This document shows, piece after piece, positions 21,040 to 47,872 of a stretch of 64,000 nt of DNA; the first letter of the stretch is position 1, and each line of letters begins with the position of its first letter. Made by a program: the position numbers and the translations under genes. Under the pieces are notes generated by a model. The model worked only from the letters and a program-made list of their open reading frames with translations. It was not told the origin of the DNA and searched no databases. The DNA comes from the human T2T-CHM13v2.0 reference genome, Homo sapiens. The DNA lies in assembly GCF_009914755.1 (NCBI RefSeq), contig NC_060936.1; one strand, given 5' to 3'.

Positions 21040-21770
21040 AGAGTGTGGGTTTAATGGTGCAGTTTTGGCACCAGACTGCCTGGACCCAGGTCCCAGTCAC
21101 CACTTATTCACTGTGAGACCTTCAGCCAATTGTTTAACATTCCTGAACCTCAGTTTCCTCACCTGTAAAATGAGAATAATAGTAGTACCCATTTCATAAA
21201 GCTATTGTAAAGGTTAACTGGATGACCCACAGAATGTGTAGGTTGGTGTCTCTGTTCTTTAGTGGGTGCACAAAAATGTAAACCATTTATTAATCCCATT
21301 ATTACTAATATTATCAATGTTACTGGGAAAGGACCTCAGAATTCAAGATGCCATTAAATAGAATTCAAGGCTTTATATTTATGAGCCAAACAAAGGACAA
21401 TGTTCTAAGGGAATGAGACCAAGCCTTGGCTTGACTCCTGGGAACTTGGGAAAATGCATACTGCCTAGATTAGTGTTTGAGCTAAGTGGGTTATAATAAT
21501 AGCAGCTGACACTAACATAGACCTTGACATATGCCAGGTACTGTTCTAAGCTCTTAACATTAATTAATCCTCATTGAGTCTTCACAGCAACCCAAAGAGG
21601 TAGATAGGTATTATTATCCCTATTTTGTAGATGAGGAAACCGAGACTCAGAGAGGTAAAGTGACTTGCCCAAAGCCTCACAGCTAGTTAGTGGAAAAGGT
21701 AGGATTTAAAACCAGGATAGTGTCGCTCTTCAGGCTGTGTTCTTAGCCAAACTCTGCACTGCCGCTAAGT
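21040..21770. mobile_element. Two MIR elements in opposite orientation
   Basis: cctcagtttcctcacctgtaaaatg and gatgaggaaaccgagactcagagaggtaaagtgacttgccc cores. Confidence 0.8.
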
Positions 21771-22670
21771 CAATATGTTCCTGCTAGTACACCCAGTAAC
21801 AAAGGCCAGTAAGTGGTACTTGCTTTGTGGCTAACTCCAGGATTGATTTACGGGGGAATGGTATGGTGAGGTTTCATCCTACAGAAATGTGTGATGAGTC
21901 AGGGCTAAGGTTCACAAAATCAAAGGAGTACAGGGGTCAGGGGAAGGACATACATGAGGTAGCCTGGTTATAGGACAATAGGAAGTGGTGGGGACCATGG
22001 TAATTTCAAAAGCACAGTTTAAAGGAAGCAGCCACCACTCTGCTCCAATTGTAACCACTTAGTATGCAGGCCTCATGGGGCTCATTTTTCAAGAGATGTT
22101 GGAAATCTGGGATTTTATGTAAAATCTCCAGATTTTTAGATGTTGACAACCAATTCACATTACTAAAACACATGGTTAGCAATTCACATTACTAAAACAC
22201 AAAAACAATATTTGCAGCCTAGACACTATCTACTTTGCAGTCTCTAGTGGACAGTTTGCTTTCAAAGATCAGTTTGCTCATGGCAACTCCATCCAAGAAG
22301 TGTTGGAAGGGATCTAGAAGCATTCATATGTTAGACTTTCTCCAGCCTTAATATAAGTGTTTTTATCTGGGGATGAAGTGTTGATGTCTCTGCTTGTGAT
22401 TGAAGCTTTGTTAGGAATAAAAGGTATGAGAAGGAGTTGCCTCTTTGATCCTTCTTCCTAAAAGGCACTGTTCACAAAGGTTAGAGCCTATGATTTAATA
22501 CCAGCTTTATCAGGATTCAGATCCTACTTCTACCACACAGGCTATCTGGGCAAATTATTAAACTCTCTGTGCCTCAATTTCCCTAACTATAAAATGAGAA
22601 TTGAATTATTTCCCCATCTGTAAGGTCAAATTCCTTCTAGATGCCTTTCCCTCTGTTATTAAAGAAAACA

Positions 22671-24025
<1,355 letters not shown>

Positions 24026-24845
24026 TTACTGCCTTTTAAAAATTGTAAATTCCCTGTCTTTAAAAAAATCATTCTTTATCCTTATTAAGAAAGCTGTAAC
24101 CAATGTGTTAGAGAACAGATTGAAATCTCAAATGGTTGAAATCCCGGGTAGTTTACTTCCTTGGCGTAGTCTCAGATCATGATAGTCTTTACCCAAACTC
24201 ATAAAAAGCTCTCATTCGTCCTATTTTACAGGATATCTATGTAAGCCACATGGTGGCTGGGGCAATGAAACACGGGGTTTCATGACATCAAATTCCTAAG
24301 AGCTGGGAATTATTCAACTGAAATATTAAACCATTTTGGATAGAATCCTGCATTGACAGCAGGGAATTGTTCTTGTCCAGACAGAATCATGAACTTGCAG
24401 TCTTTCAAAGTCAGAAAACTCTCCGCCCTCAAGCTGCTAGGGAAAGTGAAGAAATAAATCACACAGGTGAAAGGTTTAAATATAGTAGCTGTCCATTTAT
24501 CAATCCTAGTAATTCAAACCCCTAGTCAAAACCAACCTATTTGCAGGCTTTTGCTTCCTGCTAATACCTTGAGGACTCAAGCAAGGTTAGGTTATTCTAG
24601 TGATGTTTCTCAAAGCACAAATCTCAGAGCCACCTACGACAGATTCATCTGGGATGTTTATAAAAATGCAAGTTCCTGGACCCCATTTCCTGAGTAGCCT
24701 GGAAATATGACAAGCCACCTTCCCCAAAAAATAATTCTAAATATTCTAAAGTTGCAGAACTACTATCCTAGGGCTTGCATTTAATGAAGAACATTCTTGC
24801 CTGTGTGGACATGTGCCAACAAACAAGACTTTTTGCATCCCTAAG

Positions 24846-25771
24846 ATAAAAGATAAACAGTTTTTCTTCTCTTATACACTCAACACAACACACAGCTGTG
24901 AGCAGGTGTGTTTTGTTTCCCCCACACACCAAGCAATTGTCCAGTGACTACCAACTAGGTATTCTGTAATTTAGCCCGATTATGACACCATCTACTGGGA
25001 GTTAGAGTCAGATCCCACAGGTTAATGGTTTGGTCCCCCAAGACTGCCTCCCATTTCAGATGCTAATTGCAAGCCCCAGGTTGTGACCTGCGCTTCTGAC
25101 TGGCTGGCTCTTAGTTGGAGATTTTCACCACCCTCTTCTCAGTTTCTATTAATGCGCTAAAGTGGCTCACAGAACTCAAGGCAACACTTACTTATGTTTA
25201 CCCATTTATTACAAAGGATATTACAAAGGATACAGATGAACAGTCAGATGGAAGAGATGCATAGGGCAAGGTATAGAGGAAGGGGCGTGGTGTTTCCATG
25301 TGTGCCACCTTCCAGGTCCCACCACACATTCAGCAATCTAAAACCTCTCCCAACCCTGTCCTTTTGGGTTTGCATGGGGGCTTCATTACATAGGCATGAC
25401 CAATTACATCACTGGCCATTGGTGCCCAACTCAAAATCAACCTTCAGGCCATTTCTCCTCCCTGGAGTCCAGGGGGTGGGACTGGAAGTTCCAACCTTCT
25501 AATTACATGGCTGGTTCCCCTGGCAACCCACTCCCAACCTGAGGCTATCCAGGAGCCCACCAAGAGTTGCCTCATTAGAACAAATATAGTCCCATCACCC
25601 AGGAAATTCCAAGAAACTGGGGAGCTCTGTGTCAGAAACTGGAGTCAAAGACAAAACATCAAAACAAAAGATTCTCCTAGTACCCAGTCTACAAGGGTGT
25701 TAGGAGCTCTGTGTCAAGAACCAGATGCAGGGATCAAATATTTCTTATTCTTATTATAGCACAACATCACA
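24846..25771 (-). mobile_element. MER21-like solo LTR
   Basis: gtcagatcccacaggtt...gctcacagaactca...cacaacatcaca text, flanked by direct repeat CCTAAG (24840-45, 25772-77). Confidence 0.8.
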
Positions 25772-27489
25772 CCTAAGGTACCTGGTAGAAGCTTCAGTTA
25801 TTGCTGCTTCCCTGGAAAGTTTACACACCTCCCAAATTTTCTCTTCCTCCCTCCCTTTTGTTTTTGGTTTTTGAGACAGGGGTCTCATTATGTTGCCCCG
25901 GCTGGTCTTGAACTCCCAGCCTCAAGTGATCCTCCCACCTCAGCCTCCTGAGTTAGCTGGGATTACAGGGTTGAGCCACCACACCCAGCTCTTTTCATCT
26001 CTCATTGAGATTAGGCTCATGGTCACTTATCTGATGCTCTGTGGAATTCAGCGGAACGTCCTTAGCAGCAGAAAGAGTTGACCACGACAACATTTGGGTA
26101 TGAGACAAATGTCCTCTGTGACAAATATGACATTCCCGGATGACCCTGCTAATACAGTGGAGCTTCATGTTACTCAGGAGTAAGGTTCTCATGTCAGGGC
26201 ACAAGGTGAGCTTTGAGTATAATCAAACTTAATCTTGGAAGTATCCAAGGAGGGCGCCCTACTGGAGACTCACACATGGTATCTTGATCAGCCCAGCATA
26301 GCCAGTGAATGTTTCCAGTGTTGGAACAGGTGACTGTTCCTTGGGTTGAGAGCCCACTGAAGTATGTGGCTGGGTTTAGGGTTCATGGCATCTGTTTCAA
26401 CACTGGAACCACACTCTGGGCTCACATAGAAGGAATAGATGTGACATCCCCATCCGTGCTCATGATCATTGAGCGGGGCGGCAGTCAGAAACTCCAGCTC
26501 TATTTAAACAGTTGCTTTTTTTGTTTTTGAGGAACATAAATAGTTGATCTGCCACATGTTAAATGCACATACAATGTAACTCCCCTGAAGGTACATCTCT
26601 GAGTGGTCTTGTTGAGGTGTAAACAGCCAGGTACACACCTGTGTGTTAAAAATGCTTGCTTGCCATTCTTAACAACAACAGCCTTTGTGCTCCAAGGTTT
26701 TCATTAAGGAAAAACTTACCTCTAAACAGGGGTTAGGGTCCCATGACTGTGTCTCATTAGCAGGCACAGAGTTAGAAGACCTTGACCCATTCTGTACTGG
26801 GAAAGCGTCTCTCTCATAAGCAAATTGAAATGAATCCTTTCCTGGTCTCAAAATATCCTTCAATTGCATCAGAATTGGAAGGAGACATACATATCAAGGT
26901 GGAACTTGACCTTTTTGCAAAAGCTTAAAAGCAAATCCCTCTTCTTTTCTATATTTTTGGCTGGGGAAAGGCTTTCTGGGAATTGTTTTGATCAGAGAAT
27001 TTTTGTGATTCCATAATGAAAAATGGGAATCATTACCTATTTCTAGAAGGTTAGAAGGGTCTTTCTCTGTTGGTTCAGATAAGTTCAGGTAGAGACAAAT
27101 CAGACCTAAGTTGCCAGCAACAATGGAAGAATTTTTGCTTGGAAAAGGATATAAGCTAGCAGCGCATTGATGAAGAAATCAGAATGAACATTAAAAAGAT
27201 GTTCAACCTCACTAGTAATCAAGAAAGCACAAATTAAAGCAATAACAACAAAAATCCTACATATTTTTGTCTGGCAGATTGCAACAATTAAAAAGATGGG
27301 TAATATCAAGGTTGACCAGGATGTGAAAAATTTGACACTATACTGGTGGTGAAAGAGAAAATTGGGACAGTCTTTTGGAAAGTCAGTTTGGATGTATCTA
27401 ATATAAAATCCAGGCACCCACCAACCCAGCAATTCCACTGCTCAGTATCCACCTTAGAGACAGGTGCACAGAAATGCATGTAACACAGT

Positions 27490-29833
<2,344 letters not shown>

Positions 29834-30076
29834 TGTTTTTGCTTTTGTTTTTTTGCACGTACCACATGTAAGATAAAATAAGTTTTACAAATAGAATATG
29901 TTTCTCAAAAGGAAGCCCCTGCTTAGAGTCAAAAGTGTGCACGCAGGCTGGTACATTTCAACATGTGTTTAACCAGAGTCATCATCATCAAATAAGGAAG
30001 GCATCGAGCTGGGAAAGCCAACCACAGAAGCTCAGCCCACGGTCTTTCTCTCTCTCTCTCTGTCTGTACCACACAG

Positions 30077-30083
30077 TGCCTGA
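30077..30083 (+). CDS. TMEM233: TMEM233 last exon, coding part (completes ...HFTR-N-A-stop)
   Basis: A (CT)n polypyrimidine tract, then cacAG|TGCCTGA. AA+T GCC TGA gives Asn-Ala-stop in phase with the previous exon and agrees with the recalled C-terminus. Confidence 0.88.
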
Positions 30084-31440
30084 GGAACCAGCGGTCAGTG
30101 GGCTGTGAGCGTGGAGGATGGACCTCATCCACACACACCCCAAAGGAGTCTCTAAGGAATGGATCCTTGACTTCAGACTGTGAGATCTTTTCCTCCAGGA
30201 CTCTCCAGAGGCAGGTCCCTGGCAAATGAACAAGAAAAAAAAAAAAAAAAAAAGTCCAAAATTTAGGCAATCCAAGCTGCACAGCCGGATCAGCCAAAGT
30301 CATTGATTTGTAAAAATGAAAAGAAAACAGAAAAAAGAAAAATGAAGTCTCACTGTCTCAGTTTAGCGAATCCCGTTGTGTCCACTCCTGTCCTCCAGAG
30401 GCGAGCCTCAGGAAATCACATAACTTTTCACTGAGGGGATCCAGGGGGTCTCCATATAGGGGGAGATGGAGGTTTCTAGGAAGAGCAGCAGGTGCTGGTA
30501 TTTACAATGTTGAGCACAAACATTTGCAGCATGTTTAAAATTGTCTAGTAGAGTTCAAGTTGTGGATTTGCTTTTCCTTTTATTCTTATAACCTTCAGTA
30601 ACTCCTCCTCTGGGAGTCAGCACTCCCATGCCCAGAGTTCACCCATCTGGTCATCAAACACTCAAAGAAGGGGCTTTTCTGGCCTTTTGTCTTGATCCTT
30701 ATATTTCCAAATAGGCCCCCTCCCTTGCTTGCATCCACGTTGGTCAACTTGACCAAAACCTCACTCTTCACTCAAACAGGCTCTGAGAATGGACTTAGTG
30801 GCCAATTCTAGGTACATGAGCACTTCCTGTATCCCAGTTTTGGGAATAAACTGGCTGTATTTATAGAATGTGCTTTTTTTTTTCAATTTCTCACTCTCTC
30901 TCCTATCTCTAGCAAGTCTCAGGCAAGATCTTTGATTTTCCTGGATGCCACCTGGAAATGCCACCCATTGTGTTTCTTTTCTGTCAAATGTAAACCCTTT
31001 AGATGTGAATGTACTGGTTTAATGATGCCATTATTCTGCCTGCCAGAACGCAGTAACCCAGTGTCTCACAGAGCACAAGGGGTGTGCCACTGGTGGTACA
31101 CAAGATAATTTTTAAGTAGTTTCTAGAAACAACATTAAGTAATACCAAATCACAAAGAATGTTTCCCCTTTTCTATTCTTTTTTCATCCTGATTACAGCA
31201 AGGAAAAAGTCTCTGTTTAGTGCTAGCAGGTCCTTTACACCTTTCAGACACTATGGCTCTTTTCCCTTTTTAGCAAAGAAAGAGCAGGCCTCAGAGTCTT
31301 CTGTCTAGATAGAATTTAATGATATTGTTTTGTGTCATGGTATTTATTTTATTTATTACCTTCCATTTACAGCTTCCCACAGTGGGGGATGTGACATATT
31401 GTTTCTGTTCAAATAAATTAAGAAAAACAAGAGAACTCAA
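30084..31440 (+). other. TMEM233: TMEM233 3' UTR (end uncertain)
   Basis: Repeat-poor sequence after the stop codon. AATAAA at 30845-30850 and 31412-31417, with another at 32425-32430 that could give a longer UTR. Confidence 0.6.
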
Positions 31441-31509
31441 GAAAATATCAAGTAATTAACACACCAGATAAGTATATGTGGCAAAAGTCACTTCAAAGAA
31501 TTAATGTCA

Positions 31510-35745
<4,236 letters not shown>

Positions 35746-35769
35746 CTACAGTAGCTTTCTTACAGGGCT

Positions 35770-36310
35770 CTCTGGTATAACAACCATTACAAACTTAATG
35801 AGTTAAAACAACCCAAATTTATTATCTTGCAGTTCTGGAGGTCAGAAGTCTAAAACGGGTCTTGCTGGACCAAAATCAAGATGGCGGCAGGGTTGGATTC
35901 CTTTCTGGAAGTTCGTAGAGAGAATCCCTTTTCTTGCCTTTTCCACCTTCTAGAAGCTATCCACATGCCTTGACTCAGGGCCTCCTTCCATCTTCAACGG
36001 CAGCAAAGTCACCATTTACTTATTTATTATCTTCTTTATTATCTACCTCCTCCCCTTAAGATGCCTTTTTCACACTGCATCTCTTTTGTTCTGACTCCTT
36101 TTCCTCTCTCTTCCCCATTTAGGGACCCTTGTCATTACTTTGGGTCCACCTGGATGATCCAGAAAAATCTCCTTATTTTAAGGTCAGCTGATTAGCAACC
36201 TTAATTCCATCTGCTCCCTTAATTCCTCTTTACCATGTAACCCAACATATTCACAAGTTCCAGGTGTTTGTATGGGGATATCTTTTGGCGAGCATTATTC
36301 TGTCTACTAC
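35770..36310 (-). mobile_element. MLT1-type MaLR LTR
   Basis: aaatttattatcttgcagttctggaggtcagaagtc...cattattctgtctactaca. Confidence 0.8.
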
Positions 36311-36597
36311 ATCTTGCTTTGACATCCATTCGCTTAAAAAACACACACAGCAGCCAGGGTTATCTCACAACCTAGACTTAATCACATCATTCCTCTGCTG
36401 AAACCCAACCCACACACCCAGTGACCACCCACGGAATTAAAACTCAAACTTTCTTTTTTTTTGGAAGAGATGGGAGTCTTGCTATGTGGCCCAGGCTAGT
36501 CTCAAACTTCTGGCCTCAAGCAATCCTCCCACCTCTGCCTCCGAAAGTGCTGGGATTGTAGGTGTAAGCCACCATACCCAGCCTTTAAAATCCAAAC

Positions 36598-36983
36598 TTT
36601 TTTTGTGTGTCCTTAAAAAGGTCTTTATTACTAAAAGCTGGAAGGTCAGTCTTTAACCCCCAATCACAAAATGCTACTTTGCCTCGACAAGCAGGCTTTT
36701 TAGTTGAGTTGGTGTCTCTTTTGTAGTTAAGACAAGCATTTGCCCTTGTTGACCAGTGATCAGGAATCCGTTCTTGTAATTTTGCCCTTTCATCCTTGAT
36801 AGGTGAAATCAGTACCTTTTCCACAACTTTGTTTATTCTTCATTTTTTTTGTCTTCGGAGTAAAAGACCAAGGGACATTAACAAGTTGATGGTCCCCTAG
36901 ATATGGGCTCTAGTGCCAGCGAGTCTGTTCTCTTCTTCAGTGTCAAAAGGACTGCTCATTCTGGAGCATCTACTCTTCTGGAC
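36598..36983 (-). pseudogene. Unidentified 5'-truncated retrocopy (processed transcript 3' end)
   Basis: Non-repeat sequence between TSD copies TAAAATCCAAACTTTT (36586, 36984). Minus-strand AATAAA (36629-36624) about 20 nt before an A tract. Confidence 0.72.
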
Positions 36984-36999
36984 TAAAATCCAAACTTTT

Positions 37000-37265
37000 T
37001 TTTATTTTTTAACTTCAAGTTCTGGGATACATGTGCAGAACGTGGAGGTTTGTTACGTAGGTATATGTGTGCCATGGTGGTTTGCTGCACCTATCAACCT
37101 ATTATCTAGGTTTTAAGCCCTGCATGCATTAAGCATTTATCCTAATGCTCTCCCTCCCTTTGCCCCCCACCCCCCCGACAGGCCCCAGTGTGTTATGTTC
37201 CCCTCCCTGTGTCCATGTGTTCTCATTGTTCAACTCCCACTTATGAGTGAGAACATGCGGTGTTT
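37000..37265 (-). mobile_element. L1PA 3' fragment
   Basis: gggatacatgtgcagaacgtg...cccacttatgagtgagaacatgcggtgttt, flanked by the same TSD. Confidence 0.92.
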
Positions 37266-38342
37266 TAAAATCCAAACTTTTAATGATACCCCGCAAAGCC
37301 CTACATGATCAGACCCTTGGCTGCCTCTCAGATCTCATCTTCTACCTCGCCCCCACTCTACTCAGCTGCAGCCACACACTGGCCCCAAACATGACAAGAT
37401 CATTCTGGTCTCAAGGCCTTATGTGTGCTGTTTCCTCCATTCATAACACCATTCTCCAGATTTTCACATAGCTGGTCCTTTCTTCCCCATGCCCTAGGTC
37501 ACAGTTTCTCAGAGAGGATCAACCTAACCCCCATCTCTAAGGCAGCCACCCCACCCCTCATCACTTGCTATTACACCACCCTGTTTTACTTCCTCCATGG
37601 GGTTTGCCACCACTAACAATATTTTTATTTAACTGTTTACTTATTTATTATCTTCTTTATTATCTATCTCCTCCCCCTAGGATGTTGACCTTGTGAGGGC
37701 AGAGACCTTGTCTGTTCTGTTCACTGATGTGTCCCCAGCATCTAGACTAGGGCTTGGCCCATGGCAGATACTCTATAGCTATTTGCTGAATGAGTGAAAG
37801 GTTCTTTTCCCCATGTGCCCTTCCTCCTGGCTAATGTCCACTCCTTTATCTCAGATTAAGTGCCTCTTGTTCAGAGGTGCCTTCTCTGATATGCCAACGT
37901 TTCAAGAACATGAGGGTCTCCCTTTTGCATGCTCACACTTCCCCGTGGTTTCACTCAAGGTCATATCACAATGGTAGTTAGATGCAGTTTGCACAATTAC
38001 CATTTAATATCTGTCTTTCCCAGCAGATCATGAGCCCCCATGAGGGCAGGGACCATGTTCATCTTGTTCACCTCTGTCTTCCTGGTCCCTAGCTTGGTAC
38101 CTGGCACATAAGTTTCCAATAGTTATTTAATGAATGAATGAATTAATTAATTAATTAATGAGGTAGAGAGAAATGGAAGAAGAAAACTGAGTCAAAGCTT
38201 CCTCCATCATCATAGCTTTATTTTTACATTGTTATCTGACAAGATTTAAACTTGAATTTTAAAGCAAGATGAAGCTAACCAAGGTATTGGCTGTAAATCC
38301 TGTCTCAAAACTTTCTCACATATTCCTTATCGTGATGGTTTA

Positions 38343-41232
<2,890 letters not shown>

Positions 41233-41299
41233 GAATTGCTCAGTAAACAGTAGCTCTTAGAAATTTTTATTCTAATAAATGAAAATTTCTGTACCCAAG

Positions 41300-46160
<4,861 letters not shown>

Positions 46161-46162
46161 TA

Positions 46163-47293
46163 TGTATATGTATTAATCGCATTTTTCATTTTCTATATCT
46201 TATGAGGCTTGACATCTTGGGGACTTACCAACCTGAAAGAGACTGTTTGTCCCAGGGTTAGCTCATTCCAAGAGATAGCAGATGACCTTCCTGCAATATG
46301 CAGTCCAACCAATTCAGAGCCCATACTCTGAACCACCTCCTCTCTCTGGCTTTTCCACTCCGAGAGGCAAGTTTCCCCTGCCCTAATCATCCCAGGGTCA
46401 GGTATCAGACAGTTAGAGACTACCCCTATAGCCCACAGCTGGCCTGAATTATTCAAACTATCCAATCCTAAGCCCTAATCATCCCAGGGTCAGGTATCAG
46501 ACATTTAGAGACTACCCCTATAGCCCACAGCTGGCCTGAATTATTCAAACTATCCAATCCTAAGCCCTAATCATCCCAGGGTTGGGTGTCAGACAGTTAG
46601 GTACGACACCTATAGCCCACAGCTGGCCTGAATTATTCAGACTATCCAATCCTAAGCCTGTTCAGCTGCTTACCTTGCCTCGCCCATTCCTCCTGGCAAA
46701 AACCACAATAAAGGCTTTTTCCTAGGCTTTCTTCTCATCCTCTCTGGCTGTGACCAACCTCAAAGTTCTCTCCTGTGGTTCTGCATGGCATGGCGGGCTC
46801 CTGCCCCTTGGGAACTGTATTAGACTGTTCTCACACTGCTGTGAAGAAATACCTGATACTAGGTAATTTATAAAGAAAAGGGGTTTAATTGACTCACAGT
46901 TCCCCATGGCTGGGAAGCCCCAGGAAACACAATCATGGCAGAAGGAGAAGCAAACAAATCCTTCTTCACAAGGAGGCAGGAGAGAGAAGTGCCAAGCAAA
47001 GGGGGAAAAGCCCCTTATAAAACCATCAGATCTCATAAGAACTCACTCACTATCAGGAGAAGAGCATAGAGGTAATCGGCTCCATGATTCAATGACCGCC
47101 CCCGCCAAATTCCTCCCACGACACGTGGGAATTATGGGACCTACACTTCAAGATGAGATTTGTGTGGGGACACAGCCAAAGCATATCAGGAACTGTGAGC
47201 AATAAAACTATATTTTTAATGGCAATGGTCTTCCGATCCATTGGCCTTACCATACATGAATAAACCCAAAGTCCCAGGTACATTCTAGAACAG
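46163..47293 (+). mobile_element. MER74-like ERVL LTR with internal 3x92-bp repeat, interrupted by a THE1/MST LTR (46816-47188, -)
   Basis: caaccaattcagagcccatac...gccctaatcatcccaggg...aaccacaataaaggc; inner LTR with TSD GGAAC. Confidence 0.8.
46380..46655. repeat. Tandem repeat, 3 x 92 bp
   Basis: Units start at 46380, 46472 and 46564 (gccctaatcatcccaggg...tatccaatcctaa). Confidence 0.97.
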
Positions 47294-47352
47294 TATATCC
47301 TACAACATTTTAAAAAATACATTAAGGAAATGATAGATTCAGTACCTTAAGG

Positions 47353-47872
47353 CAGCAGTCCCCAACCGCCAGGCCACGGACCAGTACCATGGTACGTTAG
47401 GAACCAGGCCGCACAGCAGGAGGTGAGCAGTAGGTGAGCAAGTAAGGCTTCATCTGTATTTACAGCTGCTCCCCATCGCTCACATTACTGCCTGAGCTCT
47501 GCCTCCTGTCAGATCAGTGGTGGCATTAGATTCTCACAGGAGCACAAACTGTATTGTGAACTGCGTATGCGAGGGATCTAGGTTGCATGCTCCTTATGAG
47601 AATCTAATGCCTGATAATCTGTCACTGTCTCCCATCACCCCTAGATGGAAGCATCTAGCTGCAGGAAAACAAGCTCAGGGCTCCCGCTGTTTCTACATAA
47701 TGGGGAGCTGTGTAATTATTTCATTATATATTACAATGCAATAATAATAGAAAAGTACGCAATAAATATAATGTGCTTGAATCATCCCAAAACCATCCCC
47801 CCAACCCTAGTCCATGGAAAAATTGTCTTTCACGAAACCTGTCCCTGGTGCCGAAAACACTGGGGACCACTG
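47353..47872 (+). mobile_element. MER1A-like hAT-Charlie element
   Basis: Terminal inverted repeats cagcagtcccca...tggggaccactg; about 520 bp. Confidence 0.85.

Noticed and set aside
46380-46655. Possible CRISPR-like array
   Set aside because: Head-to-tail units without unique spacers, inside a mammalian LTR.
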